Source of the DNA: Podarcis gaigeae
Taxonomy: Eukaryota
Reading direction: 5' to 3' (one strand)
DNA length: 64,000 nt
Assembly: GCA_964106915.2 (NCBI GenBank)
Contig: OZ066914.1
In this document: positions 26,716 to 39,538 of the stretch, one piece after another
How the letters are laid out: the number at the start of each line of letters is the position of its first letter
Numbering within the stretch: the stretch's first letter is position 1
Position numbers and translations under genes: made by a program
Notes under the pieces: generated by a model
What the model was told of the DNA's origin: nothing
The model's input: the letters and a program-made list of their open reading frames with translations, nothing else
Database searches by the model: none

Positions 26716-28617
26716 AGTGAAGTTGCAGTACTCAGGAAAGGGGTATTTTATAAAATTACACTTTTATTACTACTGTCTAGTAGTGATTATACAATTTAAT
26801 ATAATTTGTAAGCTGCATGTGCCTATGTTAAAACCCTTAACACTTTATACATTACCTCTCTCTGCTGCTGATGAGCTAGAGTGTCTGACAGCACTGTTTG
26901 TATACCATTGTTTGTGATACGCCTCCCAAATGATCTCGTTTGGGGAATAGTGTGTCCTAAGTGCAATTGTGTGCAAATGTGGAAGAGTGGATGAAATAGA
27001 CAGATTTATGACTGCATTGCTAAGCATGCATAATTGGGAAGGTGAAGCATTGAAATTAATTGTACATATCTGAAAAGGGATGATTAATACTGAACTACAT
27101 GATGAATTTACTCCAGAAAAGGTTGCCTAGCTAGATATTGCTGAAACATTGGTTTTATCTTTTCAGTTATAGTCTATGTGTTGGTAGGATATCCGATGAA
27201 ATCAGAGTTATTTTAAATTAACACCTCCAGGTATTTTCAGTAGTACATTAATTTAAATACCTGTTTCCCGGAAAAAGCAATTTTAACAATGGTTTTTTAT
27301 ATATATACAATGAAATCGAAGAGCAAATTGCATGAGTAACATCTGTCACATCTCAATTTTTGAACAGTTCGCACAATCGGGCATGTCTTTATTGCACGAT
27401 TGTATACTCAGGTACTAAACCACATGGTGAAACTAGTGTGAGCAGTTACATGGAGACACCCTCAGTCATCTGACATGCACTTTGTTTTGCTTCTGAGCTT
27501 TGAGAAGCAAACAACAGCTCAAGTTGTCCTTGTGCACTTAGTGCTTCAGGCAAGCCTTTGGTGGTAATTACATTAGTAATTCAGTTTAATTGAGTTGTGT
27601 AGATGGCTGTTAGCAGAGCTTCATGATGGTAAAATATTTGAAACAACCTATGCCACATTATATTCCTAAGAGCCCTATACAGCTTCCTTGGTAGTGATTA
27701 CAAGCTCGCTACATGGGAAGAAAATTATATCTCCCCTCCCTCATGTGCTAGTCTCCCAAAGCATATTGTTTTGCTCTAATCAAGCCTAAAGTGGTTCCAG
27801 TAAATGGCACAATATCATGTCAAGATTAATAGCGGCGCAATGCAAATGATGCTTAAATGGCTTTCTGGTATTCCCTGGACCACAAGAGTTTGCCATCTTT
27901 TGAAGCAAAATAAGGAGGAAGGGGAAAGTAGCTACTTTCGTAAGGGAGTCCATAAATTATACTTCCATTTTTTTTTTTTACTTTTAGGTAATCAATAGTG
28001 ACTTGTTTTTCCTTCAATAACAAGTTCCAAAAATGAGAAGGGGGAAAATTGAATGGACAGAATTCAGCACAGAATCTGGAAATAACAGAAGAGGTTCTGT
28101 TATGGATCAGGAATTGTTTTAAGTAGCAGTATTCAAAGTTTTGGAAATAAATTGATCTCTAACTAGAGGGATGTGGAAAGTAGAGCTACTCAATGATTAG
28201 TATTGGGATCTTTGGTAATAGGCTTATAAGCAGTATAGAGTTAGTAGGGGTGAGCAGTATGGTGACTAACTTCTCAAGGGCGTTTGTATGGGCTCAGTGG
28301 AAAACAGGATTCTGGACTGGAAAGGCCTTTGGTGTAATCCAGCAGAACTCTTCCTAAGCTTTCCCCCCCCTCAGTCATCTCCACTGCATTCCAAAATGGT
28401 AATGTTTCCCTTCATGTTACCCGATATTCCTCTGCTGTAAATTGAATTGAAACAATTTCTACACAGGAAAAATAATAGCCTAGGGTGCCATAGGTTGAAA
28501 CTAAAAGAAAAAAGTTCTCAGTGAATATTCTTGATGAGGTGAGTGAATGTTTTTGGTAACTGAAGTGATAAATCTGATTATGCCTTGAAGCATAATTACT
28601 AACTTGGAAGGCTTTTG

Positions 28618-28859
28618 CATAGCCATAGCTAGGTGATCTTGTGCCCTGGCAGAACCCTCCAGATTGCGCCCCTTAGCCATGGACAGGTTAGCTCTTCCGC
28701 CTCTCCTCCACCCACCCCTCCACCCATTCAAGTCACTCTCTAAAACCATTTCTTAAGAGGCAATAATCAATATTTATATTTATGGACATATTTTTGCGCC
28801 CCCCAAACATCTTCACCCCTGGCAGGGGCCCACCTTGCCATGCCCTAGCTATGGCCCTG
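28618..28859. mobile_element. Non-autonomous DNA transposon (TIR element)
   Basis: Inverted ends CATAGCCATAGCTAGG / CCTAGCTATGGCCCTG, with repeated subterminal TGCGCCCC motifs. Confidence 0.55.
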
Positions 28860-29564
28860 GTCTTTGACATCTTAATGACTCTTGCAGCTTCTTTTTAAAA
28901 AATACAAAATAAGCCAGTTGGGTTAAGTATTAAGTTCTGTGTTAATGTTTTTCTAATTCTTTGATGAAAATAATTTCAAAATGCAGAAAATGAACTCAAA
29001 AAGGTTCCCGTTATCTCTCATGGGTGTGTTTTACTTCAAAAGAAGTAGGAGATTGTTTTATGTGACACTTAAGATTTGAGCAGTGTTGCTCAGCATAGAG
29101 GCAAAAGAGCCGTGTTCCTTGTTGTTGACCTCAGGGTATCGCCTCCTGTAATGTAATCTAGATGTCATTTCGAGGCCTGCATGTTTCATTATAAGCTAGG
29201 CAAGGAAACATGAATCCTCATGCTTTCCTTATATTAAATGAACATCGTAACCAATTAGCTCAGTCAAAGGCACCAGAATTGTGCTTTCAAATTGAAGGCT
29301 TGCTGCTGTCACCACCACTCACTGAATATAATCGTTACACCAGCTGAGAAAATCGGGAGAACTTAATTAATATAGCGTTGCAACACAGTTGGCTGTAAGT
29401 GAACAACATGGCCGCAACAAGGGCTCTAGTGTGTCTGGATCTCCATAAAAACACCCTTCGATTCAGAGATACAGGATGCTAGAACATAGCAACTTTTGTT
29501 GCTTTGAGGCTTTCAGGAAGAATGCTGATTTTGTACCATTGGTTAAAAGAGAAAGTGGATCAGA

Positions 29565-29568
<4 letters not shown>

Positions 29569-29658
<90 letters not shown>
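29569..29658. repeat. Compound microsatellite (AAT)14(AAC)15, the 3' tail of the adjacent L2
   Basis: Seen directly; abuts the L2 3' end. Confidence 0.95.
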
Positions 29659-30460
29659 TTATTATTTGTACCCCGCCCATCTGGCTGGGTTTCCCCAGCC
29701 ACTCTGGGCGGCTTCCAACAGAGATGAAAAATACACTAAAATGTCACATATTAAAAACTTCCCTGAACAGGGCTGCCTTCAGATGTCTTCTGAATGTCAG
29801 GTAGTTGTTTATCGCTTTGACATCTGATGGGAGGGCATTCCACAGGGCGGGCGCCACTACCGAGAAGGCCCTCTGCCTGGTTCCCTGTAACTTGGCCTCT
29901 CGCAGTGAGGGAACCGCCAGAAGGCCCTCGGAGCTGGACCTCAGTGTCCGGGCAGAACGATGGGGGAGGAGACGCTCCTTCAGATATACTGGACCGAGGG
30001 CATTTAGGGCTTTAAAGGTCAGCACCAACACTTTGAATTGTGCTCGGAAACGTACTGGGAGCCAATGTAGGTCTTTCAAGACCGGTGTTATATGGTCTCG
30101 GCGGCCGCTCCCAGTCACCAGTCTAGCTGCCGCATTCTGGATTAGTTGTAGTTTCCGGGTCACCTTCAAAGGTAGCCCCACGTAGAGCGCATTGCAGTAG
30201 TCCAAGCGGGAGATAACCAGAGCATGTACCACTCTGGCGACACAGTCTGCAGGCAGATAGGGTCTCAGCCTACGTACCAGATGGAGCTGGTAAACAGCTG
30301 CCCTGGATACAGATTTGACCTGTGCCTCCATGGACAGCTGTGAGTCCAAAATGACTCCCAGGCTGCGCACCTGGTCCTTCAGGGGCACAGTTACCCCATT
30401 CAGGACCAGGGAATCCTCCACACCTGCCCGCCTCCTGTCCCCCAAAAACAGTACTTCTGT
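29657..30460 (-). mobile_element. 5'-truncated L2-clade LINE (ORF2 C-terminus intact plus 3' UTR)
   Basis: The minus-strand ORF contains typical L2 ORF2 C-terminal motifs (KITEVL, LGVILDSQLSM, VHALVISRLDYCNAL, LQLIQNAAARLV, HITPVLKDLHWLPV). CpGs are retained and there is a microsatellite tail. Confidence 0.92.
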
Positions 30461-31917
30461 TATCTTTACTGTGAATATGAAATAATATGATTTGGGCTTT
30501 CTCTGCTTTTGGAAGGCTTTCCATTGTTCTTTAAAAAGTGCATAGACACTGCACATTAATATGCAACTCTCGAGTCTCCATCGGTCTTTACTCCTGTCGG
30601 AGAATTCTGGCCATTCCCTATCCAGGAAACTGAACAAAGCATATGGCCAATGCATCAAGCACACTCTAACCCCATTGAAGCTGTAGACCTATGTACACCT
30701 GTCACTAGGAAGCAAATTAAATTCAGTTTAGTTGGAATAATTCTTAGAATTGTACTTTAAGTCCACAATTCTCCATCCTCTTAAGACTGTTAAAAAACTA
30801 GAGAATGGGGTTTCCATCTTGTCTTCTTCTAACCTAAAGCATTTCACTCTTTGCACACCACTGAGATTTTTTCTGTTGACTAATGAAGTGGATATTGCTT
30901 TTAAATTCTCTGTGAACATGTGGTCAGTGCTAGGTAGATGATTGCTGCAGTTTGGAACAGAGTATAAAAAACATTTCCTTGTGAGTTCCATACTTTCAGT
31001 TTTGAATGTATTTGACACTCTCCCGTGGATCAGAAAAAATACCCTGAAACAATATTGAATCCAGAATACAGGACTGGACAAAGTCATTTTGCCACCTGAG
31101 GCAAAACAGAAAATGCTGCTGCTGCTTCCCCAGCACTTTTTTTTTGCTGCTGCTGTGCATGGTTCTGCCTCTTCCAGGCCTTCCTTCTGCCAGTGCTAGC
31201 TTCCTTCTCCTTGTCACTTGATGGCCGCAGTGGCTGTGAAAAGGCATTTCCCTTTTTTAGTTTTTCAGCAGCCACAAGGGAGGCAAGTTGTACTCCCTCC
31301 CTCACACCACTGCCACCTGAGGCAACTGGAGGCAGACCAGGGAAACCCTGATGTGCAGAAGGTGAGGTTAAACAGGAGATAGGAGAGCAGCAGGCGACAG
31401 TGGCTGCACTCTTCACAGGCGGTGCAAGAAGTGCAGGGAAGATGAATGGCAAGGCCTTGCGGAATATCTCCACTCTCACTGAGTTTCAGCGAAAGGGGGG
31501 GTGCCTCAGGCAGCAAAACATTCTACTGCCTTTCACAGCAGGGGAACAGCAAACTGAATCTGTTAAAGGCTGCAATCCTGTGTGAAGATTAACATGCTGG
31601 TAGAGAGGACAGTGTTTCCTTGCTCTACAGTATAAAAACAATGGCATAAAAACTAATGTAAAACAACATTGTAATGTAATGATAATCTTCAAATGCTGCT
31701 TAAAATAAAGAAGATTTAGCTATTGCTTTGCACTTTGCAACTGGGTAGAAGAAACATCCATATAAAGCCCAAAAGCATCCTGAGAGACTACAACTGGGCC
31801 CCATCCTTTTTGGTGTCCCAAACAACAGAATCATAGCCCTGTGTGATGTGACTTAAGGGATGTCAATGCCCAGTGAATGAAATCGGCAGATGTCAAAGTT
31901 GAAACATGCTTAAATTT

Positions 31918-31923
31918 TTTATT
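31918..31923 (-). terminator. Candidate poly(A) signal of MUC5B (alternative at 32127-32132)
   Basis: Plus-strand TTTATT, i.e. AATAAA on the minus strand, ~480 nt after the stop codon. Confidence 0.55.
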
Positions 31924-32399
31924 AATCTTAAGAAACAAGAGTAAAAAGGAAAGCAGCTTTATCTTTGTCAAAATCACATGCCTGCTGACACTATACAAAA
32001 CACTCCTTCTGTAGCAAAGGTTGCTCAGTAATTTAAAAGATAGTTGCCAAAAATAAACAGCATTGCACAGAAAATTTGAAGTAGAAGTTTAGTTTTCTAC
32101 AGTACAATGTTATACATTTCTATCATTTTATTATATTTATAGGGATCCTTGGAGGCTTTTCTAAATGCACTTGTTTTTGTAAATAGCTAGCCAAAATGAC
32201 CAAAAATGATCATGCAGGAAATAGAACATTAATTTGGTTAGGCAGCTGACCAAGAAAAAGGCTACTATTGACCTTTTCAGGGACATAGTGAGAGACATGA
32301 AGTAGCATTTAGATGACGACTGGTTTTAGCTGCTTTGGAACATGTTGGGTTCTTTTTCCTGTGACGAATGCAAATTCACTACTTTTTCTCTTCCTTTAG

Positions 32400-32574
32400 C
32401 TAAATTTTGGATTGTGGAATGCATGCAGTCATGCACTGACACTCGTCCACGTAGATGTAGTCATAGTCAATGCTTCTGCCATCCTGGCATGTCAAGGTCA
32501 CCTTTCTCCTATGGCTCTTGAGCTCCTGGCAGCAGGTACACTCACGCTGCATTGCATTTGCTTCACTGGAATAC
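32400..32574 (-). CDS. MUC5B: MUC5B last coding exon (cystine-knot C-terminal half, stop TAG)
   Basis: ggacag|G TAT. (K)YSSEANAMQRECTCCQELKSHRRKVTLTCQDGRSIDYDYIYVDECQCMTACIPQSKI*, with the CTCK Cys pattern. Confidence 0.93.
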
Positions 32575-32709
32575 CTGTCCAAGTGAAATATATTAGATTA
32601 GAAGTTTTCCTGAAAATGTGACTCTGCCACATTTAGCAGTCTAGGCTGACTGCTAGATATCACTATTCCTAGCTTAGATTTACCAAATCCCAATGATTGG
32701 ATTTAAGAG

Positions 32710-32755
32710 CAGGAGGTTTTTGCCTATCAAAACAGGAGGTTTTTGCCTATCAAAA
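32710..32755. repeat. Perfect 23-bp tandem duplication (CAGGAGGTTTTTGCCTATCAAAA)x2
   Basis: Seen directly. Confidence 0.9.
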
Positions 32756-33814
32756 CAGGCTTAGGTAAAGTGCTGATTTTAAAGAAATGTATTTGCTTTC
32801 AAAGCTTCTATCTATAGCTTTTGTTTCATGAGCAATTTGGTCCTGAACATGCTACCAAATCAAGGGAGGAACCAAAGCAACATGAGGTGTGGAGGAGTGG
32901 GGATGCAAAAGGCTACGTCTACATAAAACACTTTCCTTTCACGTGATTCAAGTTTTACTTCCAAACCAGAATATGGGAAAGGAAACAGATCTGGGGAAAT
33001 AAAAGTGTGTTATGGATTGGGATTGCACCTCCAATATTCCTGTAGGAACACACCAATGTTCCTATACATAGATTGAATAATCTGTGCACAGATCAGGATT
33101 CTCTAGTTCTGCCACATGGGTAGATGGAAAATCAGGGAACCAAGTACATGGAAACAAGATACTTTGTGAGTCTGGGTGCTTGAAATTAATGCACCTGAAT
33201 GCTGCAGTGTCTAAATTGGAATAGTGATCCAACCCACTTACAACTTGTCTGTTGTTTAATAAGAACGATTAAAAGACTGTTGTATATTCATTTTGCTTCT
33301 AATATTTTGAATAGAGCACACTAAAATTAGTACAGTTTGTCCCAAATGTAAAAATAATAATAATAAAGAATACAACAACATTTCTCCTTTATATAGTTGT
33401 GTAAAGTGTAGAACCAGGATGACAGTGCTGTGACACTGGATTTCTCCCCTGGTTTTTTATATTAGGGACACAATGCAATTTTGAGAGCCCAAGCAGCAAG
33501 CTGAAGGGAAATAATGCTACATACACACCATTTAAAGCAAATTTTCATCCCAAAAAGCAATCCTGGGGTTGGTTTATATTCCCCTCCCAGAGCTACTATT
33601 TCCAGCACCCTTAAAAAATTAGGGTTCTGTGTACATTGTCATAATGACAGAATATAATCAGCGTACTGGTGTATTCACATACAAGAGCTGAGAGTGCTCC
33701 TGCTTCAAAATGCATATGATGTTCACTGTGAGGACCTTTGGAATTTTCTGCTTGGTATGATTTGAATATCCCAAAATGAAGTGGATAAATGGATAGGACT
33801 TTTTTGTCACTTAC

Positions 33815-33926
33815 TTTGAAGAGCTAGGACAAGCCCCTTCACAGTAGGTCAGTTCCACAACTTCAGAAGATATGCATTCACTCTGACGTATAAGAGTTTG
33901 GTTCTTGTGAACCTTGCAGTCATTTG
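33815..33926 (-). CDS. MUC5B: MUC5B exon (cystine-knot N-terminal half)
   Basis: 112 nt, phase 1/2, AG/GT bounded. (T)NDCKVHKNQTLIRQSECISSEVVELTYCEGACPSSS(K). Confidence 0.92.
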
Positions 33927-34496
33927 CTGAAAGAAAAAGAGGTGTGTGGGGGGGAATCAATAAATATGTCATAATGTTCACTGATGTGGATTTCTACCTC
34001 TGGCTACAGATGAGCTACAGAACAAATGAGGCATATAGACATATGGCATCAAAGAGTAGGCTTAATTTAGGTGTTTAGTAATAGATAGCATTCTGCTAAA
34101 TGCTATTTATAGAAATTTTCTTGTAGGTAGGTCTGTTTTTCAAAGCAACCATAGTTTGCTACTTGCTTGCTGTACTGCTTGCCTCAGGCATCTGATTGGC
34201 TACTGTGAGAAAAGGCTGCGGGACTAGATAGGCCATAAGCTTGATCCAACAGACTCATCTTATGTTCTTATGAAGACTCAGTGCAAAACAAGACTTTCAG
34301 CAAAAATAAGTAGGACAAACTACAGCTGCAGGTTTCAGAAGAGGCTTCTCTCCATCTCAAACAATATATGAAGGTTAGATAACAGGAGATGGTTCTTAAT
34401 CTAAATAGAGTTAAGCTGGACCTAGGCACAGTATTGTTCAGTCATTTGTTGTAAAATGCCCTAGTAATCAACAAGGTAAGCAAAAACTTCACTTAC

Positions 34497-34548
34497 TTTT
34501 AGGTTTACATGTTTCACAGCAGCCATCAGGAGTCAGTTCAAGTTCATG
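34497..34548 (-). CDS. MUC5B: MUC5B exon
   Basis: 52 nt, phase 0/1. HELELTPDGCCETCKPK. Confidence 0.88.
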
Positions 34549-34847
34549 CTATAGAACAGGAAAAGAAGGTTGTTGTTGTTTTAAAAAACAAAACACTACT
34601 GCTGCATGCAAAAGTGGGAACTTTCTAGTACTGGATTTGCACTGTGCCCTTACAGACCCCCCAAGTGTCCCTATATCCATTGTCCAGGATAAGTCTGACA
34701 AACAAGTATTGTTTATTATTTTAAAACTGGTGACAGTGATTGCACATGATATCTTACTCAAAAACGTCTTGAGAACTTATTGTCTGAGCTTTAACATAAT
34801 TAGAGCAGAAATGATTATAAATTAAGAATGGGGAAAAGAAAACTTAC

Positions 34848-34976
34848 AGATTCACACTCCTCTGGATGAATGATGGGACATTTCCTTTTAGATTGGACCA
34901 GAATGAATGTATCATTCATTTGCTCACATTCGTAGTAGCTGCAGTTATTTCCTCCTGGTGGCCAAATATCACCAGG
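34848..34976 (-). CDS. MUC5B: MUC5B exon (VWC-like)
   Basis: 129 nt, phase 0/0. PGDIWPPGGNNCSYYECEQMNDTFILVQSKRKCPIIHPEECES. Confidence 0.9.
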
Positions 34977-35486
34977 CTGTTGTCATGAATAAAACATAGC
35001 ATTATTCGTTTTGTTTGCAAGTTTTAGCATACCAAATATACGCTAAAATTAGCTAGATTACCACTCCCCACAATCACATCTCATTGGTTCAGGACATGTC
35101 ACAATTTATTCTAACCCTCATTTTCCATAGCAACTCTGTAGTTATAATCCTAAACACACTTGTTGGAAATTGGTCTTTTTTTTCTTAGACGCAGGTAAGT
35201 GGGCTTTGGCTTTGCATGTGAGAGATATTGCATGTGAGATATATTGCCACATTACCAAGACGACATTTGAACATGCATCACCTGGCATCCAAATCCAATA
35301 CATCATAAATATATTGTTCAGTGTTCATTTGTGTATGCAGTGTAGACTTTTCTTCTCTAAATTCATGTGACCCAATTTGAAAAGAAGGCCAAGAATGAGC
35401 AAAAAGTATGCTTGAGAACGCCTACAATCATCATTGTCAGTTGGGTAAAGAAAGTAGAAGAAGAGTGAGAATACATAATTAATTAC

Positions 35487-35582
35487 CTGTAGTATCTCAG
35501 TGGTTTCATTCATGTTGATTACGCATGCATTCTGGACACACTTTCCACAACACTCCCCAGCTTCTACCTGGTACTCGTAACC
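35487..35582 (-). CDS. MUC5B: MUC5B exon (VWC)
   Basis: 96 nt. GYEYQVEAGECCGKCVQNACVINMNETTEILQ. Confidence 0.92.
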
Positions 35583-35787
35583 CTGTTTGGAAGACAGGAA
35601 AAAGTAACCATGAATGATACATGTGGAAGAAGCAGCCACCTGCAATGGTTAAGGCAGCAAACCTAACCCCACTTACCTTGGGAAAAGACCCACTGAATTC
35701 AATAGCACTTACTTGTGTACAGACATAAGTTAGGATTGTTCTGTTGGGAAAGAAGCAGTAATAGGGGAAATAAAGATTTGTGCTTAC

Positions 35788-35910
35788 CTCTTGGCAATCC
35801 TTATCACATGTAACTGGTTGACATTTTACAAGATTTGTATTGGAGTCTGGGTCCTTTTCAGAGCTGCAGACACATGTTTCACATGGCTTGCTAGGAACAG
35901 GCATTTCAGC
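35788..35910 (-). CDS. MUC5B: MUC5B exon (VWC)
   Basis: 123 nt. AEMPVPSKPCETCVCSSEKDPDSNTNLVKCQPVTCDKDCQE. Confidence 0.92.
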
Positions 35911-36316
35911 CTGGGAAAAGACAAAGAATAGCAATTGTATTTATAAACAGAGTGTATAAAGCAACTTTGTGAACCAAATATCAAATTCTTTTTAAAGATT
36001 TCTAACATACAAAATGTTTTCAACTCTTGCTTTTATTTCACATTATAAGAACTCCATTCTAAATAAGCAATCAGGGAACAGAAAAATGATGAATGATAGC
36101 AACATACCCAAGGCCACCAAGTGGATTCAGAAATGAGCAAATATTTGAAGCCACGTTTCTAAGTATCCAAGATACTTCGGTGGAAACATCCTTGATTTTT
36201 AAACTGAGTATTATTTCCTGTTTTATACTGCAGCTGTGTTTGCCATGGTTACACCAATATTATATTTGCATTTTCCTAAGTAAACATGTAAAGTGTAAGA
36301 AGAAATATATGTCTAA

Positions 36317-36553
36317 TAGGGTTGCCAGCTTCTTAACCAATCTCAGCTGCTGTGTTTAACAGCCATGTGAAAATTAACAGCTGAAACTTTTCACAGCATG
36401 GAAATGAACATTATACCTTCTTATCTCTCTAATTTCCACGCTGTGAAAAGTTTCAGCTGTTAATTTTCTAAAGTCAAGCTGCTGTTAATTTTTGAAAGTC
36501 AAGCTGCTGCACCAGAGCAGGTCAGGTGTTCTTCTAGATATCTGGCAACCCTA
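36317..36553. mobile_element. Non-autonomous DNA transposon with TAGGGTTGCCAG/CTGGCAACCCTA TIRs and an internal 37-bp hairpin
   Basis: 12-bp perfect TIRs. Internal inverted repeat 36369-36405 / 36432-36468. The right end is duplicated (18-bp tandem, 36542-36577). Confidence 0.75.
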
Positions 36554-38350
36554 ACCTAACTGGCAACCCTAACCTAAACTTGCAGTGGCCATTCCTTGGC
36601 ATGCTTCCTTGAGTATTTTGTAATGTGGTTCTGACTTTCACACGTGAGATGTTTACTGTGGGAAATGTTGATATAGTCACAATGCAACCCAAGAAAAATA
36701 TGATTGTGAAGCAGCACACACATATCATGATTCATGATATATTACGAGGTCAAAAATTATGAAACAATATCATGATATGGATTTCAAGCCAGTTTTGGAT
36801 GATATATTTATATATTGTGCAGCTGTACACAGGATCCACATGACATTGTTATCAACATATCAACCCGTATTCCCCCCATCTTTAATTCAGATTTACTTTT
36901 TCCAGAGAAACTCTGCTAGGTTAAAAAAATGTTGCCAATGACCCATTTGTGATATCTCAACAACCCATTTCTAATATTAAGCTCCTGTCTAAATGCATCC
37001 CAAAACTACCCATTATTAGAAGGCAGAAAACAGTGGCTTGAGTTGCCTCAATGAATTGCTTTTCATCTGGCAGAAGTATCTGCCCATTGTCAAACATTTT
37101 CCATAGTTAATGAAGCAGGTGTCCATTTGAAATGGCCATTTAAAAACTTCCCTGTCTGGACACTTAAGTGTAGGTGTTTTAAATAATTTAGTATGATTTG
37201 CACTTTTACTCAAAAAATGCTTGCTTGGGAAGTCCCACCCTCCCCCACCCTCTGTAGTATTCTAATATGGCCTCAAGTTCAAATTCATAACTTTAAAGTT
37301 TACATTTTATCTTGCACCTTCCCGAACCTACTAGAGTGCTCAAAGCGGCTTACGAAGGAACATTTTAAACGGTCATAATCATAAAAAAGCCAATAAAACA
37401 GTACAGTAAGTTTATTTTTGGCCCCCTAGTGGCCAAAAGGTGAAAGGGTTTCTTGAGGGGGAAATTGGAACTGAGCCCGTTTTGAGGCCTGTGTTCTGGA
37501 GAGCAGTTCCAAGATGTCACAGGCCAAAAACGGCAAAAACCCCAAATAAACCCGGTTATTGTTCATCTCACTGGCATATCTACATTATGCTGGTGATGAA
37601 GGCCTACTGGATACATCAGTCTCCCTGAGCGCTGCATACTTTGTAAACAGCAGTGTGACTGGGAAAATGGCTGCTTTTGGGATGATGCAGCCAACTCAAC
37701 AGCACAGCAGTCAGTGAAGATTTGCACATGCAAATCATTGCATGGTTTAGGCAGGGAGCTGCAAGCCGTGGCCCTCTAGGTGTTGGGCTCCAACTTCCCC
37801 CAGCCCCAGTCAGCATGCCCAATGGCCAGTGAGGGTGACAGGCAAGGATTTTTTTCAGCTGGAACTTGCCGGAACTCCGTTCTAGCTCCTCTCAGGTGGG
37901 TGCCATTGCCATTTTCCTCCTCTGGAACACCCTCCTCAGGAAAGCTCACCTAGCACTGACTTCAATGTCTTTTTGGTACGAAGCCAAAATAACCACCTTT
38001 TATCTCCCCAGAACCTTATGGTGTTTTATATTATGTGGTTTTAACATCCGTTCTTATTGTTGTCTGGTGGTTCTGCGATTTCACATTTCTTTTTGGTTGT
38101 TTTTAGCTACTCTTGAGAACCTTCACAGTTGAAAGGTATAATAAATATGTCTGAAAATCAGTATATATATCAAAAGCATGCTCAAACAGCGTTGCTTTGA
38201 CTTGACAGGTACCCCTTGAAATTAATTTCAAAGTCCGGCTGCTGCTACTGCTGCTGCTACAGTCTGCCTGCGACTGAAAAGGGAACAATAGAAAAGAAGG
38301 ATTTTAATCTGTGTACATAGTATATGTAGACATAAAACTCGCATTCTTAC

Positions 38351-38394
38351 CCTGTAAACTGTTCCATTGACAAGACAGACATCTGGGATTGGTG
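38351..38394 (-). CDS. MUC5B: MUC5B small exon
   Basis: tttcag|CA...AGG|gtaaga, 44 nt, phase 1/0. (T)PIPDVCLVNGTVYR. Confidence 0.9.
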
Positions 38395-39433
38395 CTGAAA
38401 ACAGAAACAGACAATTACTTTAAAATATGGTGGGGAAATTATGTTTATAAGGTCCATTCCTGGATCCTCATCCCTCTAAGCTTTCTTCATTTCACCTGCC
38501 TAAATTAAGTGGGTGGAGGATCAATTTGATGTTGCTATTGTTTCACAGCTGGGAGGCAGGTAACCTTGCTGATCTAGTGCAGATCAACCAGAGATCTACA
38601 TCCACATTTGGCTGACTCCAGCTTTAAATATGGTAACTTATCTGACAGGGAAACTGAAAAAGATTGGGGGGCGGGGAGAGGAGAGTAAGGTGATACCTCA
38701 TTGCTCACTTGACTGTTGGATATAATCCTTTCTGTGCAAAAGTGAAAGGAGATACATGAACACTTTGCGTTCTTAAAAGGCCTGCCCTTCTCTGTATTTA
38801 TTTATTGCCACTCCTTATTATTTATATATCACCTTGCCTCTAAGGAGCTTAAGGCAATGTACGTAGTCCCTCCCACCACACACACATACATACACAAACA
38901 CAAACTTTTACCATCACAACAATCCTGTGAAATGGATTCAGGTGAGAGATAAATCTGTAAAGCACATTTGAAACATGTTCTTTCCCTAAGGGAATGTTAG
39001 GCACTGTGGTTTATTAAAGGTTGCCAGGAATTTTAACTACGAGGGGTAAACTACAGTGGCCAGAGTTCTTTTGGAGGAAATAATGTGTTTCAAATGTGCT
39101 TTAAAGGTATTTTGTGTACACAGTGACTGGCCCAAAGTTACTCAATGAGCTTTGCGGCCTAGTGGAGTTTTGAAGATGAGTTTCTCCAGCTTTTAGTCTG
39201 ACACTAGTCCAAGGTGGCTTTGAAGTGTAGTGCATACTGTTTGACATTGCACTCCAGAATGTGTCTTCAGTTTCCAAAATGTTTTCATGGCAACATTTTT
39301 GTTTGTTTGTTTTAAGGAGGGGAGTGTGGAATGCTTCCACTGTACGTAAATTATGTCTGGGTTCAGCCTAACTTGATGTTTTAATCTCTCTCATCTACTT
39401 TCTCTCTCTACATGTCAGAATGCTAGCACTTAC

Positions 39434-39538
39434 TACAGGGAAAGCTGACACAGCAGTCTCCTTCAAGCAGGACTGGGGTTGCCTCGTATCCAAGTTCACA
39501 AGGTTTCTTTTCGTTGGAGCAGGTAGTAGTATTGCATT
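39434..39538 (-). CDS. MUC5B: MUC5B exon
   Basis: 105 nt, phase 1/1. (K)CNTTTCSNEKKPCELGYEATPVLLEGDCCVSFPC. Confidence 0.92.

Noticed and set aside
29463-29827. Poly-L, poly-N and poly-I/T ORFs (also 46015-46325 and 41587-41844)
   Set aside because: Translations of microsatellites.
29744-30664. 306-aa ORF as a host gene or active retrotransposon
   Set aside because: It is only the C-terminal L2 ORF2 fragment fused by chance to ~70 codons of flank. It lacks the endonuclease and RT core.
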